In this document: piece by piece, positions 41,801 to 51,807 of the stretch
Position numbering within the stretch: position 1 is the stretch's first letter
Layout: each line of letters begins with the position of its first letter
NCBI GenBank assembly: GCA_964499705.1
Contig: CAZCME010000004.1
Span: 1-64,000, forward strand
DNA length: 64,000 bases
Source of the DNA: an uncultured bacterium
GTDB lineage: Bacteria > UBA8481
Reading direction: 5' to 3'
Position numbers and translations under genes: made by a program
Notes under the pieces: model-generated
What the model saw: the letters and a program-made list of their open reading frames with translations, nothing else
What the model was told of the DNA's origin: nothing
The model's database searches: none

Positions 41801-44800
41801 GCATTCGTATCGACACCGAGGCCGAATGTTCCATGCCGCGGCACGCTGATCGTGTCCTGGCCGCTCACGAAAGCGCCTGTCGAATCGGTGATGGAGAGAA
41901 CCATGTTCATGGCTTCGATCGAGTCGCCGAGCGATGTGCCGGAGGTTCCGGTGATCCGGAAGCCGATCCGGTTGATCCTGTCGACAAGTCCGACGGTCGA
42001 TGTCTGGCCGCGGAATCGTCCCTGGTAAAGGACGAACGGATTCTGGCCAAGACGCGAATCCGGATGAATCGTGGACGATCGCGTGTCGTCGTTGGTGATG
42101 AGAACGGTGTCGAGATACGCCCACCGGACGATCTTGGAGCAAGTCTGGTTGTTGGAGGAGCCAGTGGTGAAGAGCGATGTCGCGGACTCAATCTTGAGGG
42201 AAGCGAAGACTCCCATCATCGTCGTGGAGCTGTCGGCGCGGAGCATGACTCCGGTGTCGTAAGCCGTGACCCAGATGCTGAACCTGTGGCCGGAGTCGAT
42301 CGGCATCATGGCCTGGATTCTCCATGACTCCGTTCCCGCCACGCGGAGGAGCTGCGTTTCATAGGACGGGTAGAAGGTTCCCGAATCTCTACGCAGCGTG
42401 AGGATGATCGAGTCGTGCGCTGCATATGTGCCGAACCCAAGCTTCGAGTCAAGGCCGACCTGGAAGAAGCTGATGGTATCCTGCGGAACGTTCGCGACGG
42501 AGAATGAACCCTGCATGATGATTGTGGAGTCGTTCTGAGCGCGGAAGAGCTGAACGATCGAGTCGTTCAGGAAGTTCGCAGTGATGCCGAACGCCGGCTT
42601 TCCAATAGTGACGAGCCGCGATGCAACCGTGGCCGTCTCCTTACGGTTGGTGAGAACCGTCAGAGTCGAATCCCTTGGAATGGTCATGCGGAGCGTCGTG
42701 TTGAGAGCCGTCGTGTCGTAAATGTTGACGAAGACCGTGCAGGTCATGATCCCGTTGAAGTTGATGCGGGTATCGAAGAATCCGAGCCAGAAGTTCGAAT
42801 CCGTGCCCCACTGCCTTGTGTCATGGCCGTTAGCGGCCAGAGTCGGATCGGTCGCGCGATAGAGCGAGATCGAATCCAAACGCTGCTGTGTCGTGTCGTA
42901 CATGATCCAGACAGCCTTGACGGCGCCGTTTCCGAAGGAATCGGTCGCGAGCTGGCCCGCCCAGTCGAACTTGATGGTGACATGACGGAAGGTGTCGGAA
43001 ACTCCGAGTGCGGACGTCTGTCCCTGGACCTTGAAGACCATGGCTACGAACGGATTGAGGAGCGTCCTGGAATCCGGATGGACGTTCGTGTCCGTCAGAG
43101 CGCTGTCAGTGATGATGATCGTGTCCACGTAGTTGTAGCGGATCGACCGGCCCGAAGTGAGATTCGTTGCCGTGCCGGAGATGAACGCCACGTACGCCGA
43201 ATCGATGTAGCCGTTCAGCGATTTGCCAATCATACCGAGCGGCGTGTCATTGGCCGTCGGAATGTCGTCGACGACCACGCGAACCGCGAACCTCTGCGCT
43301 GAGTCGACGCGAATCTGGAACGGCAGAACGTAGGTGCACTGGAACGCCTGTGTCGAGATACGGGTGAGCTGGATATTCGTGTCGAGGACACCGCCGATCG
43401 TATTGAGCCAGACCGCGATCGATTCACCGCGGAAGCTGGTGTTGACCGTGTCTCTCACAATGACCGTGAATCCGAGCAGAGAATCCCCGTAAGCATCGGC
43501 GTTTGTGACCGCGAACTTGCCGGACATGATGATGGTCGACTCCGTCTGCACCGCGAACGGCGAGACGGTCGTATCGGTCAACACATCCATGTCGATGGCG
43601 AAGGTCGGCTTGTTGAGTGTTACGAGACGACCAGAGGACGTCGAAGTGAGCTTGCCGGCCGTGAAGACCGTGCGAGCGCCTGTCTCAACGCTTGTCCCCG
43701 TATCGCCCGCACGACCATAGCGCGATAGGACAACCTCGGAACGGAGCGACTTGTTGAGAGCCACTGTCTCCAGGACGTGAACCGTGATCGTGCAGCTGAT
43801 CGAGTTGCTCGCGGCGGACATGACCGTATCGAGGGTCAAACGCCATGTGGCGGAGTCGCGACGAACAAGAGCCCTGGTTTCCGTCAGGGTGCTGACATTC
43901 GCCCAGACTGCGACGATCGTGTCATTGACGCCGAAGACGAGGCCCGGTGTTGCCGAGCCGGTGAACATGAAGTCCGCGTGGCGGAACGTATCCCTGACAA
44001 GATTTCCTGATATATCCCTGTTCGTGGTCTGACCCTGGAAGGTCACAACCTGCGCAACGAACGGCGCCATACGCTGCCTGGAGTCAGGATGAATCGTCGT
44101 ATCTCCCAAGGCGCTGTCCGTGACCGTGATCGTGTCGATGTAAGCGAGGCGGATCGTCCGGCTGCAAGTGAGGTTACCCGCTGAGCCTTGAGCGAACTGG
44201 AGCGTGATCGAATCCGTCGGAATCGTCATCGTGAGATTCTCGCCGATGTAGTTGATCGGCGTGTCGTTCAAAACAACGCGGATCGTGAATGCTTGACCGG
44301 ATTCGATCTGCAGCTTCGTATCCGCGGGATTGGCGATGTGGCGCCAACCGTAGGTCGGCGAGGTCGAGTTCGCATTGACGAGCGTCAGCGTCGTCTCCGT
44401 GAATCCGACAAGCACGCCGGACTCAAGAACCATCTTGACCGAATAGGACTCGCCGCGCGTCGTGACAAGACCGTTCAGCTGAACGCCGAACGCCACGATC
44501 GTATCCGTCGGCGCGTAGGTCACCCTGAAGTTACCGGCCATCGCCACCGTGGAGTCATTCAGCAGCCGGAACGGCGGTACAGTCGTATCGCCCAAAACCG
44601 TCATCTGAACAGAAATTGCGGGCTTCTGGTAGGTGATGGTCCGGACGCCGAGAACCGTATGCGGCAGGCCGCCGGCAAGCGGGCGGGAGTCGCGCATGAA
44701 GAGCGTCTGGATCGAGTCGGAGAAGATCTCCGCGCGCAGTCGGGCGCCATTCGGAACCGTGTCCGGAACGTGGATCGTAACAATGAAGGTATCGCTGTTA

Positions 44801-47800
44801 TTCGACCCAAGAAGCGGCGAGTCAACGGACGCCGACCAGTGCCAGATGTTGTCACCGAGCGGAACGGCAGGAGACGCCGCGCCGCGGGTCAGAACGATCG
44901 GTCGTCCTGAATCGGAGAGATAGACAATGACGGAGTCGACGGCGTTGGCCACCGTGTCACCGGCGGTCGCGCTGAATATCCGGATGCCGAAGTAGATGAG
45001 CGAATCTCCGGCAATGTTGCGCCACTGCTGACCGGCGCTATCCGTGAAGATCGTCTTAGCGTTCTGGCCGTTAATGCGCCCCGCGAAAATTACGGGCGGC
45101 GTATCGGCAAGTCGAGAATCCGGATTCACATTGGTATCCGTATAAACGAGGCTCTGCGCGATCTGCGTCGTATCGGCAAATGTGAACGAGATACCAGCGC
45201 GAGTTGTCTCCGCGCCGGTCGCGCCCTTCCACGAACCCGTATCGCCAGCAAGACCGGAGGTAAATGTCGTGTTGACCGAATCCGCCGGAATGATGACGTG
45301 CACCGTGTCGCTCAGCCCGAGCCCGCGTGAATCGGCGAGTTGGCGGAGATAACGGGCCCGGAGGAATCCGGCGTTGTTCGTCGTATTCCGGAACGTGACG
45401 AAGATCTGGAAGGCCTGCGACTCGGAAATCGTCGTGTCCTGAACGCCCGTGCGGAGGCGGTAGCTGCGCGGAGAGATAGCGAGCGAGTCGAGGTAGATCG
45501 TGTCGCCGCTCGGCCGAGCCGAAGACGGCATCAGCTTCATCGTGACGACCGCGATCGAGTCCGCCGTCATGCCGGCGGGCAGCGAGTCGAACTCAATGCC
45601 GAAGTGCGTGAGCGTGTCGTAAGCCGGCATCGGAACAGGACCGACGTTCGTAAAGATAACACCGGAGCAGACTCGGATTCCGAGTCCTCCTCGACCGTCG
45701 TTGATGATCGCGAAGTTTCTGCTGTCAGGATCGGTCGAGATCGGATTGAAGAGAATCTCCCACGGAACATATTGCGTGTCCGGCAGCGTCCACATGCCGA
45801 GCGTGACCGGATCGGCGTTGATGAGGAAGATGCCGGAGGACTCGCCGATGAGCGGGCCGGGCGAGCTGAAGACGCCCGTGCAGCCGCGACCGACGACCCA
45901 GCAAGCGAGCGTCGTTCCGGTCGGCGTCGTGTCCATCAGCCTGATCCGAATCGCAAACGTGTCGCCCGAGCGAACCGTCGAGTCAAGCCCGGTGAGGAGC
46001 CACGTATCGGCTTTGATTGGAGCTACCGCCGCCAGACGCGTCATTGCCATCCACGGACCGAAGACTCCATTGCGCTTGAACTGCACTTCCGAAGAAGTGA
46101 CGGAGTCGCTGACCTGGTTGCCGCCCGAGGTGAATCGAATCATCAGCTCGCGGAACGTATCCTGGTCGATCTCGATCAATTGGCTGTCGATCGTGATGAG
46201 AGCGTCGAAAATCTTGGCTGGAATGATCTGGGACTGGATCGGGTTGATGGTGTCCGGAGCGAGCGTCGATGAAAGCTGGGCCGGTGTGCAACCAAGCGGC
46301 GGACGGAGCGTCGTCATGACGCGTCCGGAAGTCGTCTCGGAGCTCGGACCGCTGTCTCGGAAGAACGTGAGAATCGAATCCTGCGCCACGAAGAACTGCA
46401 CGGTCGCGGCATTTTGCAGGAGCGATGCGCTGTCGTTGAAGCTGATGTAGGCGCGGAAGTTGATGGTATCCTGCGTCTGTTTCAGAGTGGTGCCGTTGAA
46501 TGTCGCGCGGAAGAAATTGCCGTTCGCGGTCATGGCAGCCGTCTCGATCCCATCGATGACAAGTGCCACCGACTCCACATCCACCGCGCTGATGCCGCCT
46601 GTGTAGACGACACGGAAACCGAACTGACTCAATGTGTCTCGGTTGATTCCCGAGATCGTATCATCGTGAATATAACCCGCGACAACAAGATAGGAATCCC
46701 GGGTTAATGACCACGGATTCGCTCCAAAGAGGACGCGCGAATCCGGATGCCCGATATTCGCAGGAAGCGTCGTGCAGCTGACGATGACCTGCGACCGAAC
46801 GATCGAATCGATCGCCGAAGCGACCTCGTTGGCATTGCCCGCGACGCGACGGCGAGTCGTGATCGAATCGGCCTGTATGACCGCTTGTATCGTCTCATTG
46901 CGCGGCGCCGTATTGAGCAGCCGAACGTAGACGCGGTAAGTCTCGTAGGATCCGAGAGCAAAGAGTGAATCCACGTTGGTGATATACAGGCTGTCTCCGC
47001 CCTTGAAAGGACGAATGCCGGTATTGCCGATTTGAATCAAGGAGTTCGTCTCATCGACGAACGTCGCATTGATGCCCGGGCTGAATTTCAGCCGGACGGC
47101 GAAACTCGTCAGCGAGTCGGACGAAAGCGCGCCCACCTGTCCCAATACTCCGTTGGAAATGAGAGTATCGGCGTTTATGGTTCCGGCCAGGATCAGAATG
47201 GAATCGCTGACGCGAGAATCCGCGTGGACAAAACGGCGTTCGAGCGGCGAATCGGTGATAGCGATACGCGGCTGCACAACCGTTACGATGCGCGCAACTG
47301 TGAAGACAGAGGATGGACCGCTCTCGCGGAAGGCAGATGCGAAGGAATCGAGTTGAACCTGCGCCTGAATCGAACCGTTAGCCGTGTCAAACGTCCTCGC
47401 ATACAGACGTACCGTTGTCGTCCCCGTAATGGTCTGATTCACAAGATAGAGATACGTATCACCAAGAATAGTGCCCGGGGGATAGGACGTTCCATTAAGG
47501 ACAAGCGTTACCGTATCCACGTATCGTGAATCCATGCGCGGTCCAGCGAAGACCAAGCGCACGTTGACGCGCGCGATCGTGTCGTAGGGCAGCGCGGGGG
47601 TCAGGAGCGTATCGGCGTTGATGAAGAATTCCGCCAGTTGGACGGAATCTCCCTGAACGCGCGAATCCGCATGAACTGTAATGGCGGGCAGAACGGAATC
47701 CGTGAGCGCAATGCGTGGCTTGACAATCGTAACAACGCGGCTGAGAAGCATGTCCTGAGCCGGGCCCGTGTCACGGAATGCCGCCGCAATGGAATCTACG

Positions 47801-50800
47801 AGGATCTGGCCCTGGATCGTGCCGTTGACCGGCGCGAGATTGAAGGTGCGGACATAGACGCGCACCGTGGTCGTATTCGAAACAGTCTGGTTCGGGAGAA
47901 TACCGAAGGTATCACCCGTACGGCTGGACGTGACATACGGCGTGTTATCCACGACGAAGATAACGGTATCGATGTGCGTTGCCGAGACAAGACCGCCGCC
48001 GAGAATGAGGCGCGTCTGGAGACGGGTGATCGTATCGTATGGCAAAGGCGTCGTTAGCAGTGTGTCGGCAGCTACAAAGAATGACGCAAGGAAAATCGAA
48101 TCGTTCTGGATGCGCGTGTCGGGATGAATTCCGATGCTCGGCATCGCGGAATCCACCACAATGACACGCGGCTTCCGATATGTAACCGTGCGACTTGCCA
48201 AGAGCGACGAGTCCGGACCCGCGACGCGATAACGGGTGGTCACGGAATCCTGCAGGATTTGAGCTCTCAATGTGGCCAGATTGGGAACGGAACTCTCCGT
48301 GCGGATATAAATTCGGAAGCTTTCATATGTGCTCTGGCTAAACGCGGAATCTAGGCCCGGCGCTTCAATATAGTACGTGTCGCCGGCGCCACGCTTGGGC
48401 GTCCAGATTGTATTGCCGATCACGATCTGCGAGACCGTTTCTTTGACGTGCGCCGTGGTCATTCCGCCGGTGAAGATGAGCCGGAACGTAAAACCAGTCA
48501 GCGAGTCGGAAGGCAACGACGGCGTCAGGAGCGTATCCCTGTTGATCGTTCCGGCCATGACAAGAACCGAGTCGGTGACGCGCGTATCCGGATGAACAGT
48601 GACGTTGCCTAGCGTGGAGTCGGCAATTTCGACCCGCGGCTTGTTAATCGTGACCGTACGACTTCCCAATAAGGAAGAATCCGGACCGGCAACGCGGAAC
48701 CTTGAGGAGACGGAATCCTGGAGAATCTGCGCGCGGATCGTGCCGTTGACGGGCGTCGAGCTCTCCGTGCGAATGTAGACACGATAGCTTTCATACGTGT
48801 TGAAACTGAATCCCGAGTCAAGACCCGGCGCCTCAATGTAGTACGTATCTCCGGCGCCACGCTTCGGTGTCCAGATCGTATTTCCTATGACGATTTGAGA
48901 GGTTGTTTCGCTGATATTCGCCGTCGAGACGCCGCCCGTAAAGATGAGGCGGAACGTAAAGCCGGTCAGTGAATCGTTGGCAAGAATCGGCGTCAAAAGT
49001 GTATCTGCGTTGATTGTTCCCGCCAATATGAGGAATGAATCCGTGACCCGAGTGTCGGGATGAACCGCAATGTTCGAGAGCGCCGAGTCGGCGACCGTGA
49101 GCTTCGGCTTGTTGATGGTAACCGTTCGGCTGCCCAAGAGCGACGAATCCGGTCCTGCGACGCGATAACGCGTGGTGATCGAATCCTGAAGTATCTGAGC
49201 GCGAATCGTTCCATTGACGGGTGTGGAACTTTCCGTGCGAATGTAGATCCGGTAGCTTTCGTACGTATTCAGGCTGAACGCGGAATCAAGTCCCGGCGCC
49301 TCGATATAGTACGTATCGCCGGCGCCACGCTTGGGAGTCCAGACCGTATTGCCGATCACGATCTGCGACGTTGTTTCGCTGATATGCTGCGTTCCGACGC
49401 CGCCCGTGAAAACGAGACGGAAGGTGAACGCCGTCAGAGAATCCCTTGGAAGGATCGGCGTCAACAGCGTATCCGCGTTAATGGTTCCCGCCATGATGAG
49501 GAAGGAATCCGTAACGCGTGTATCCGGGTGCACCGCGATATTCGTCAATATGGAATCCGCCACGGTGACACGCGGACGGTTGATCGTCACGGTGCGGCTA
49601 CCCAAAAGCGATGAGTCCGGCCCCGCGACGCGATATCGGGTTGTCACGGAATCCTGAAGTATCTGAGCCCGGATTGTGCCGTTGATCGGAGTGGAGCTCT
49701 CCGTGCGAATGTAAATGCGGAAGCTTTCATAAGTGTTCAGGCTGAAGGATGAATCCAAGCCCGGCGCCTCGATGTAATATGTGTCGCCTGCGCCGCGCTT
49801 CGGCGTCCATACCGTATTACCGATGACAATCTGAGAAGTCGTTTCGCTGATATGCGCCGTCGTGACACCGCCCGTGAAGACGAGACGGAACGTGAATCCT
49901 CTCAACGAATCGGATGCAATGGAAGGCGTGAAAAGCGTGTCCGTATTAATGGTTCCGGCCATAAGAAGGAACGAATCCGTTATCCGCGTATCGGAATGAA
50001 CGGCAATGCTCGATAACGTGGAATCCGCAATAGTGACTCGCGGCTTATTGATGGTGATGAGCCTGCTGCCGACAACAGAGTCGGACGGGCCGGATGACCG
50101 GTATCGGAACGTTACGGAATCGATCGGCACAATGGCCCGAACCGTGCCGTTGATGGGCGCCGTCTCACGGATCGTGATTCGGATCGTATACGACTCCGCG
50201 ACGCCAAAGGACTGATTGATGACCGCGGTCAGATATGAGTCGCCTGAGGAAGCTGCAAGCGCGCCCGAGCTGTCGGCGGTAAATTCGGTCGCGCCGAGGA
50301 GCACTCCCACGGACTCGACGTCCAGATAGGACATACCGCCTCCGAATTGGAGGCGCAGGCCGAAGCGCTGGACGGAGTCGCCACCGAGCCGAACCTGCAA
50401 CAATGTGTCCGGTTGAATCGTTCCCACAGCAAGGATATACGGTGTCCCGGCGGCGCGCGAATCCGGATGCGCAATGATGTTCGGCAACGAGCTGTCATGC
50501 AGTGCGGCGCGGGGACGCGAGAATGTCACGACACCGGAGGAATCCTTGACCGTGGCATTGCCGCGGCGGAACTTGGATCCGACGGAGTCCACCGGTATCG
50601 TGCAGCCCACAAACCCCTGCAACGGGGGCGTGTCGGCCGTGACAACAACGCGGAACGTATCCACGCCGCCAGCGAGCGCGAGGATGACGGTCGAAATGTT
50701 GGGGGCATTCCAAGACGTCGTGCCGGCGGTTCTCGCCAGATCCACACGAACATCAGGAGTTACGGCCGAACCGACGATGAGCCAGGCGCTATCGATGTTG

Positions 50801-51630
50801 GCGCCGGCCGAACCGCCCATGTCCACTCCGAACTTCGCCAAGCTATCGCCACCCACCGTGCGAGTCTCTCCCTGGAGCGTTCCATGGAGAAGCGTGAACG
50901 GTGACTGTCCAGCGGCGCCGGAATCCTGGAACGCGAACTTGTTGCCGATAAACGGCGTCCCCGTCGAGTCGCTGTAGACGCGGAAGATGAAGGTATCGAG
51001 ATCTCTCTGGCCAGGATTGGGCTTCTGCGTGACGGTCGGACCGGCGGTATCCATCACAATCGTGACGCCGCGGTTCGGTATGCGAACAAATATGGTCGTG
51101 TCGTTCAAGCGCAGATTATTTTTCGTGTATACGACAATGACATACGATTCCGTGCCGGTGAAAAGAATTCTGCCGGCAGCCGGCTCGGTGACGATCAGAC
51201 TATAGTCGACCGTGGAGCCGGTATCGGCGACGGGCAATGTCTGCCTTGCGATCCGAGTGACGTCACCAGCATCGAACTGTTGGTTGTTGTTCGCGTCCAC
51301 ATAGAGGTCAACGGTATCGATAATGCTGGCGAAAGGAACAGAGTTAGGCGATTTGACGAATTGAATCTTAAAATCCGTAACCGTGTCGGGCACGCCGGCG
51401 GAACCGGAGCATCCGATCGCGCCCGCCGTGTTGAGGTAGAACTTCAGAATACCTCCGGGAACCAGGCCGGTGTCGGCGAAGGCGGCCGGAGGAGTTTTCA
51501 GAAGATTTGAATAGCTATCGCCGCGGATGACATCGCGGAATGCGGCCTGCGCATGCGCAGCCTGAGGCATCAGAGAAATAATTGCCGAAAGTATAAGTCC
51601 GTACGAAAAAACCTTGGCCGACATCTTCAT
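38806..51630 (-). CDS. Giant secreted repeat protein 2 (~4,270 aa), paralog of giant 1, with a T9SS-type C-terminal sorting domain
   Basis: Signal peptide ending AAHA-Q; same domain order as giant 1; C-terminal GPNPFMP...IYTILGEKI...WGV.NDNGKPVTSGYYLYVV...KVAVIR; SD GGGGTG before ATG 51630. Confidence 0.85.
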   Translation of the reverse strand: MKMSAKVFSYGLILSAIISLMPQAAHAQAAFRDVIRGDSYSNLLKTPPAAFADTGLVPGGILKFYLNTAGAIGCSGSAGVPDTVTDFKIQFVKSPNSVPFASIIDTVDLYVDANNNQQFDAGDVTRIARQTLPVADTGSTVDYSLIVTEPAAGRILFTGTESYVIVVYTKNNLRLNDTTIFVRIPNRGVTIVMDTAGPTVTQKPNPGQRDLDTFIFRVYSDSTGTPFIGNKFAFQDSGAAGQSPFTLLHGTLQGETRTVGGDSLAKFGVDMGGSAGANIDSAWLIVGSAVTPDVRVDLARTAGTTSWNAPNISTVILALAGGVDTFRVVVTADTPPLQGFVGCTIPVDSVGSKFRRGNATVKDSSGVVTFSRPRAALHDSSLPNIIAHPDSRAAGTPYILAVGTIQPDTLLQVRLGGDSVQRFGLRLQFGGGMSYLDVESVGVLLGATEFTADSSGALAASSGDSYLTAVINQSFGVAESYTIRITIRETAPINGTVRAIVPIDSVTFRYRSSGPSDSVVGSRLITINKPRVTIADSTLSSIAVHSDTRITDSFLLMAGTINTDTLFTPSIASDSLRGFTFRLVFTGGVTTAHISETTSQIVIGNTVWTPKRGAGDTYYIEAPGLDSSFSLNTYESFRIYIRTESSTPINGTIRAQILQDSVTTRYRVAGPDSSLLGSRTVTINRPRVTVADSILTNIAVHPDTRVTDSFLIMAGTINADTLLTPILPRDSLTAFTFRLVFTGGVGTQHISETTSQIVIGNTVWTPKRGAGDTYYIEAPGLDSAFSLNTYESYRIYIRTESSTPVNGTIRAQILQDSITTRYRVAGPDSSLLGSRTVTINKPKLTVADSALSNIAVHPDTRVTDSFLILAGTINADTLLTPILANDSLTGFTFRLIFTGGVSTANISETTSQIVIGNTIWTPKRGAGDTYYIEAPGLDSGFSFNTYESYRVYIRTESSTPVNGTIRAQILQDSVSSRFRVAGPDSSLLGSRTVTINKPRVEIADSTLGNVTVHPDTRVTDSVLVMAGTINRDTLLTPSLPSDSLTGFTFRLIFTGGMTTAHVKETVSQIVIGNTIWTPKRGAGDTYYIEAPGLDSAFSQSTYESFRIYIRTESSVPNLATLRAQILQDSVTTRYRVAGPDSSLLASRTVTYRKPRVIVVDSAMPSIGIHPDTRIQNDSIFLASFFVAADTLLTTPLPYDTITRLQTRLILGGGLVSATHIDTVIFVVDNTPYVTSSRTGDTFGILPNQTVSNTTTVRVYVRTFNLAPVNGTIQGQILVDSIAAAFRDTGPAQDMLLSRVVTIVKPRIALTDSVLPAITVHADSRVQGDSVQLAEFFINADTLLTPALPYDTIARVNVRLVFAGPRMDSRYVDTVTLVLNGTSYPPGTILGDTYLYLVNQTITGTTTVRLYARTFDTANGSIQAQVQLDSFASAFRESGPSSVFTVARIVTVVQPRIAITDSPLERRFVHADSRVSDSILILAGTINADTLISNGVLGQVGALSSDSLTSFAVRLKFSPGINATFVDETNSLIQIGNTGIRPFKGGDSLYITNVDSLFALGSYETYRVYVRLLNTAPRNETIQAVIQADSITTRRRVAGNANEVASAIDSIVRSQVIVSCTTLPANIGHPDSRVLFGANPWSLTRDSYLVVAGYIHDDTISGINRDTLSQFGFRVVYTGGISAVDVESVALVIDGIETAAMTANGNFFRATFNGTTLKQTQDTINFRAYISFNDSASLLQNAATVQFFVAQDSILTFFRDSGPSSETTSGRVMTTLRPPLGCTPAQLSSTLAPDTINPIQSQIIPAKIFDALITIDSQLIEIDQDTFRELMIRFTSGGNQVSDSVTSSEVQFKRNGVFGPWMAMTRLAAVAPIKADTWLLTGLDSTVRSGDTFAIRIRLMDTTPTGTTLACWVVGRGCTGVFSSPGPLIGESSGIFLINADPVTLGMWTLPDTQYVPWEILFNPISTDPDSRNFAIINDGRGGLGIRVCSGVIFTNVGPVPMPAYDTLTHFGIEFDSLPAGMTADSIAVVTMKLMPSSARPSGDTIYLDSLAISPRSYRLRTGVQDTTISESQAFQIFVTFRNTTNNAGFLRARYLRQLADSRGLGLSDTVHVIIPADSVNTTFTSGLAGDTGSWKGATGAETTRAGISFTFADTTQIAQSLVYTDTNVNPDSRLADTPPVIFAGRINGQNAKTIFTDSAGQQWRNIAGDSLIYFGIRIFSATAGDTVANAVDSVIVYLSDSGRPIVLTRGAASPAVPLGDNIWHWSASVDSPLLGSNNSDTFIVTIHVPDTVPNGARLRAEIFSDSIQTLFMRDSRPLAGGLPHTVLGVRTITYQKPAISVQMTVLGDTTVPPFRLLNDSTVAMAGNFRVTYAPTDTIVAFGVQLNGLVTTRGESYSVKMVLESGVLVGFTETTLTLVNANSTSPTYGWRHIANPADTKLQIESGQAFTIRVVLNDTPINYIGENLTMTIPTDSITLQFAQGSAGNLTCSRTIRLAYIDTITVTDSALGDTTIHPDSRQRMAPFVAQVVTFQGQTTNRDISGNLVRDTFRHADFMFTGSATPGLVFGVNDTIVAVWANVSTLTETRALVRRDSATWRLTLDTVMSAASNSISCTITVHVLETVALNKSLRSEVVLSRYGRAGDTGTSVETGARTVFTAGKLTSTSSGRLVTLNKPTFAIDMDVLTDTTVSPFAVQTESTIIMSGKFAVTNADAYGDSLLGFTVIVRDTVNTSFRGESIAVWLNTIGGVLDTNIQLTRISTQAFQCTYVLPFQIRVDSAQRFAVRVVVDDIPTANDTPLGMIGKSLNGYIDSAYVAFISGTATNLTSGRSIRYNYVDTIIITDSALTDTNVHPDSRTLLNPFVAMVFKVQGQTSALGVSDTFRHVTIKFDWAGQLATDSFGNGAVKAVWIMYDTTQQRLDSISLYRATDPTLAANGHDTRQWGTDSNFWLGFFDTRINFNGIMTCTVFVNIYDTTALNTTLRMTIPRDSTLTVLTNRKETATVASRLVTIGKPAFGITANFLNDSIVQLFRAQNDSTIIMQGSFSVANVPQDTISFFQVGLDSKLGFGTYAAHDSIILTLRRDSGTFYPSYETQLLRVAGTESWRIQAMMPIDSGHRFSIWVTAYDTGVMLRADSSTTMMGVFASLKIESATSLFTTGSSNNQTCSKIVRWAYLDTVLITNDDTRSSTIHPDSRLGQNPFVLYQGRFRGQTSTVGLVDRINRIGFRITGTSGTSLGDSIEAMNMVLSITDSTGAFVSGQDTISVPRHGTFGLGVDTNAWFFNRIDSPLPYLGWMHCTVYVRIAESVALNTTMTLQMMPDSINTYYSQDTPLGGVFSATGRTITFGTPRSEVVIDTRASQAWVHPVLAIRQHPNWLRSRGQESNPIVVLSGKIDGDSSALPTIQVTGDTLRVFKVTFVRPATADSSIIACTMTMPNNLVGAPLRTIVLTRLGTEATYETWGHLNIDTVFSAIDGDAASDTFFVTIQVAETIAQASTIEPQIWASSIKTKFRDTGTALNQTVGSVFTFRRDSFFIHTEPPHPSVTRLVERGETKAVMWFVPKADLETAVIVGMTIRLRGTAGLAGSIDTVQLYKDFNRSRIWESRFVNPADSSQFATDTLVGFFTSVSATSDLWTLTRNPLNAASTEASERARGFSTDTLSTETPFFPTVDTQEYIICVTVKVSDTQCTTVTASIVAMGCTGPYMESGPVTAQAGQEVSYESFAVGANDTIAPLTPVDFTITVNAGSLSITWSPSPSGDTGMTNGKYVLFWDSGLGLYPQQILKTVNHVSGQLAYTISLPDSTAQLFSDSAYRFSLQAFDSAGNASPAAPVITAVFRSTLSVPPVASAQMISPNAGDAIWFNFASPTARNRINFVAKLTDKTTATQVTGIEFGIRKLVEPGFVYHPFSTTADSSYDDAGDVYYSAILETDVANFLSAQARAGTVVDSFEVRAVAITAVGRDTYASSISFSVVGFQDVDSDPLTTDTSLSQYFTVYGESTYNPGDSTTPSDTAFIEQQVTTRATGDILQLRTPTGAFDIVLKLNFGSLRSDTARIVGSLQRGGMGETLQTQIRAMGCEIPKYFANFSIQQNTNDTSLGAGATITINYIDANNDEVDDSSFVDMAKARIYTVGGDGKLERLQNLVRDPDLNTVSGTVKHFSPFFVTNDTGIVTNGLNSLLVGPNPFMPNDGNDQTGRAWVPGDATTGIIFKNLPVRVRIEIYTILGEKITEINKNDNNGAVNWGVINDNGKPVTSGYYLYVVTDVATGQRVTGKVAVIR
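48170..50043 (-). repeat. Four highly similar tandem 468-bp (156-aa) repeats within giant protein 2
   Basis: The (K/R)P anchor falls at 50041, 49573, 49105, 48637 and 48169, an exact 468-bp period; each unit contains WTPKRGAGDTYYIEAPGLDS. Confidence 0.92.
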
Positions 51631-51807
51631 GAACTGATCACCCCGCTTTGCGGTTGGATTTTTCTTCTCGAGAGAAGAATGAGAGACCGAAGCGGGAGCA
51701 CGCATTATCGCACCGACGCTCGGTAATAGTATCGCCCGTAACAAATGCGCGCACGAAGGCACGCATCATCACAGACCATTAATTGAAACGAAGTTTCCCT
51801 CATAGTC

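Noticed and set aside
48170-50043. Tandem repeats as a CRISPR array, DGR template or assembly duplication
   Set aside because: They are in-frame coding repeats with synonymous divergence, and there are no spacers, cas genes or reverse transcriptase.
24438-51630. Abundant GAATC/GATTC (GANTC) words as a DNA methylation signal or DNA-level repeat
   Set aside because: They are explained by Asp-Ser codons, and DS/DT is also encoded by many non-GANTC codon pairs.
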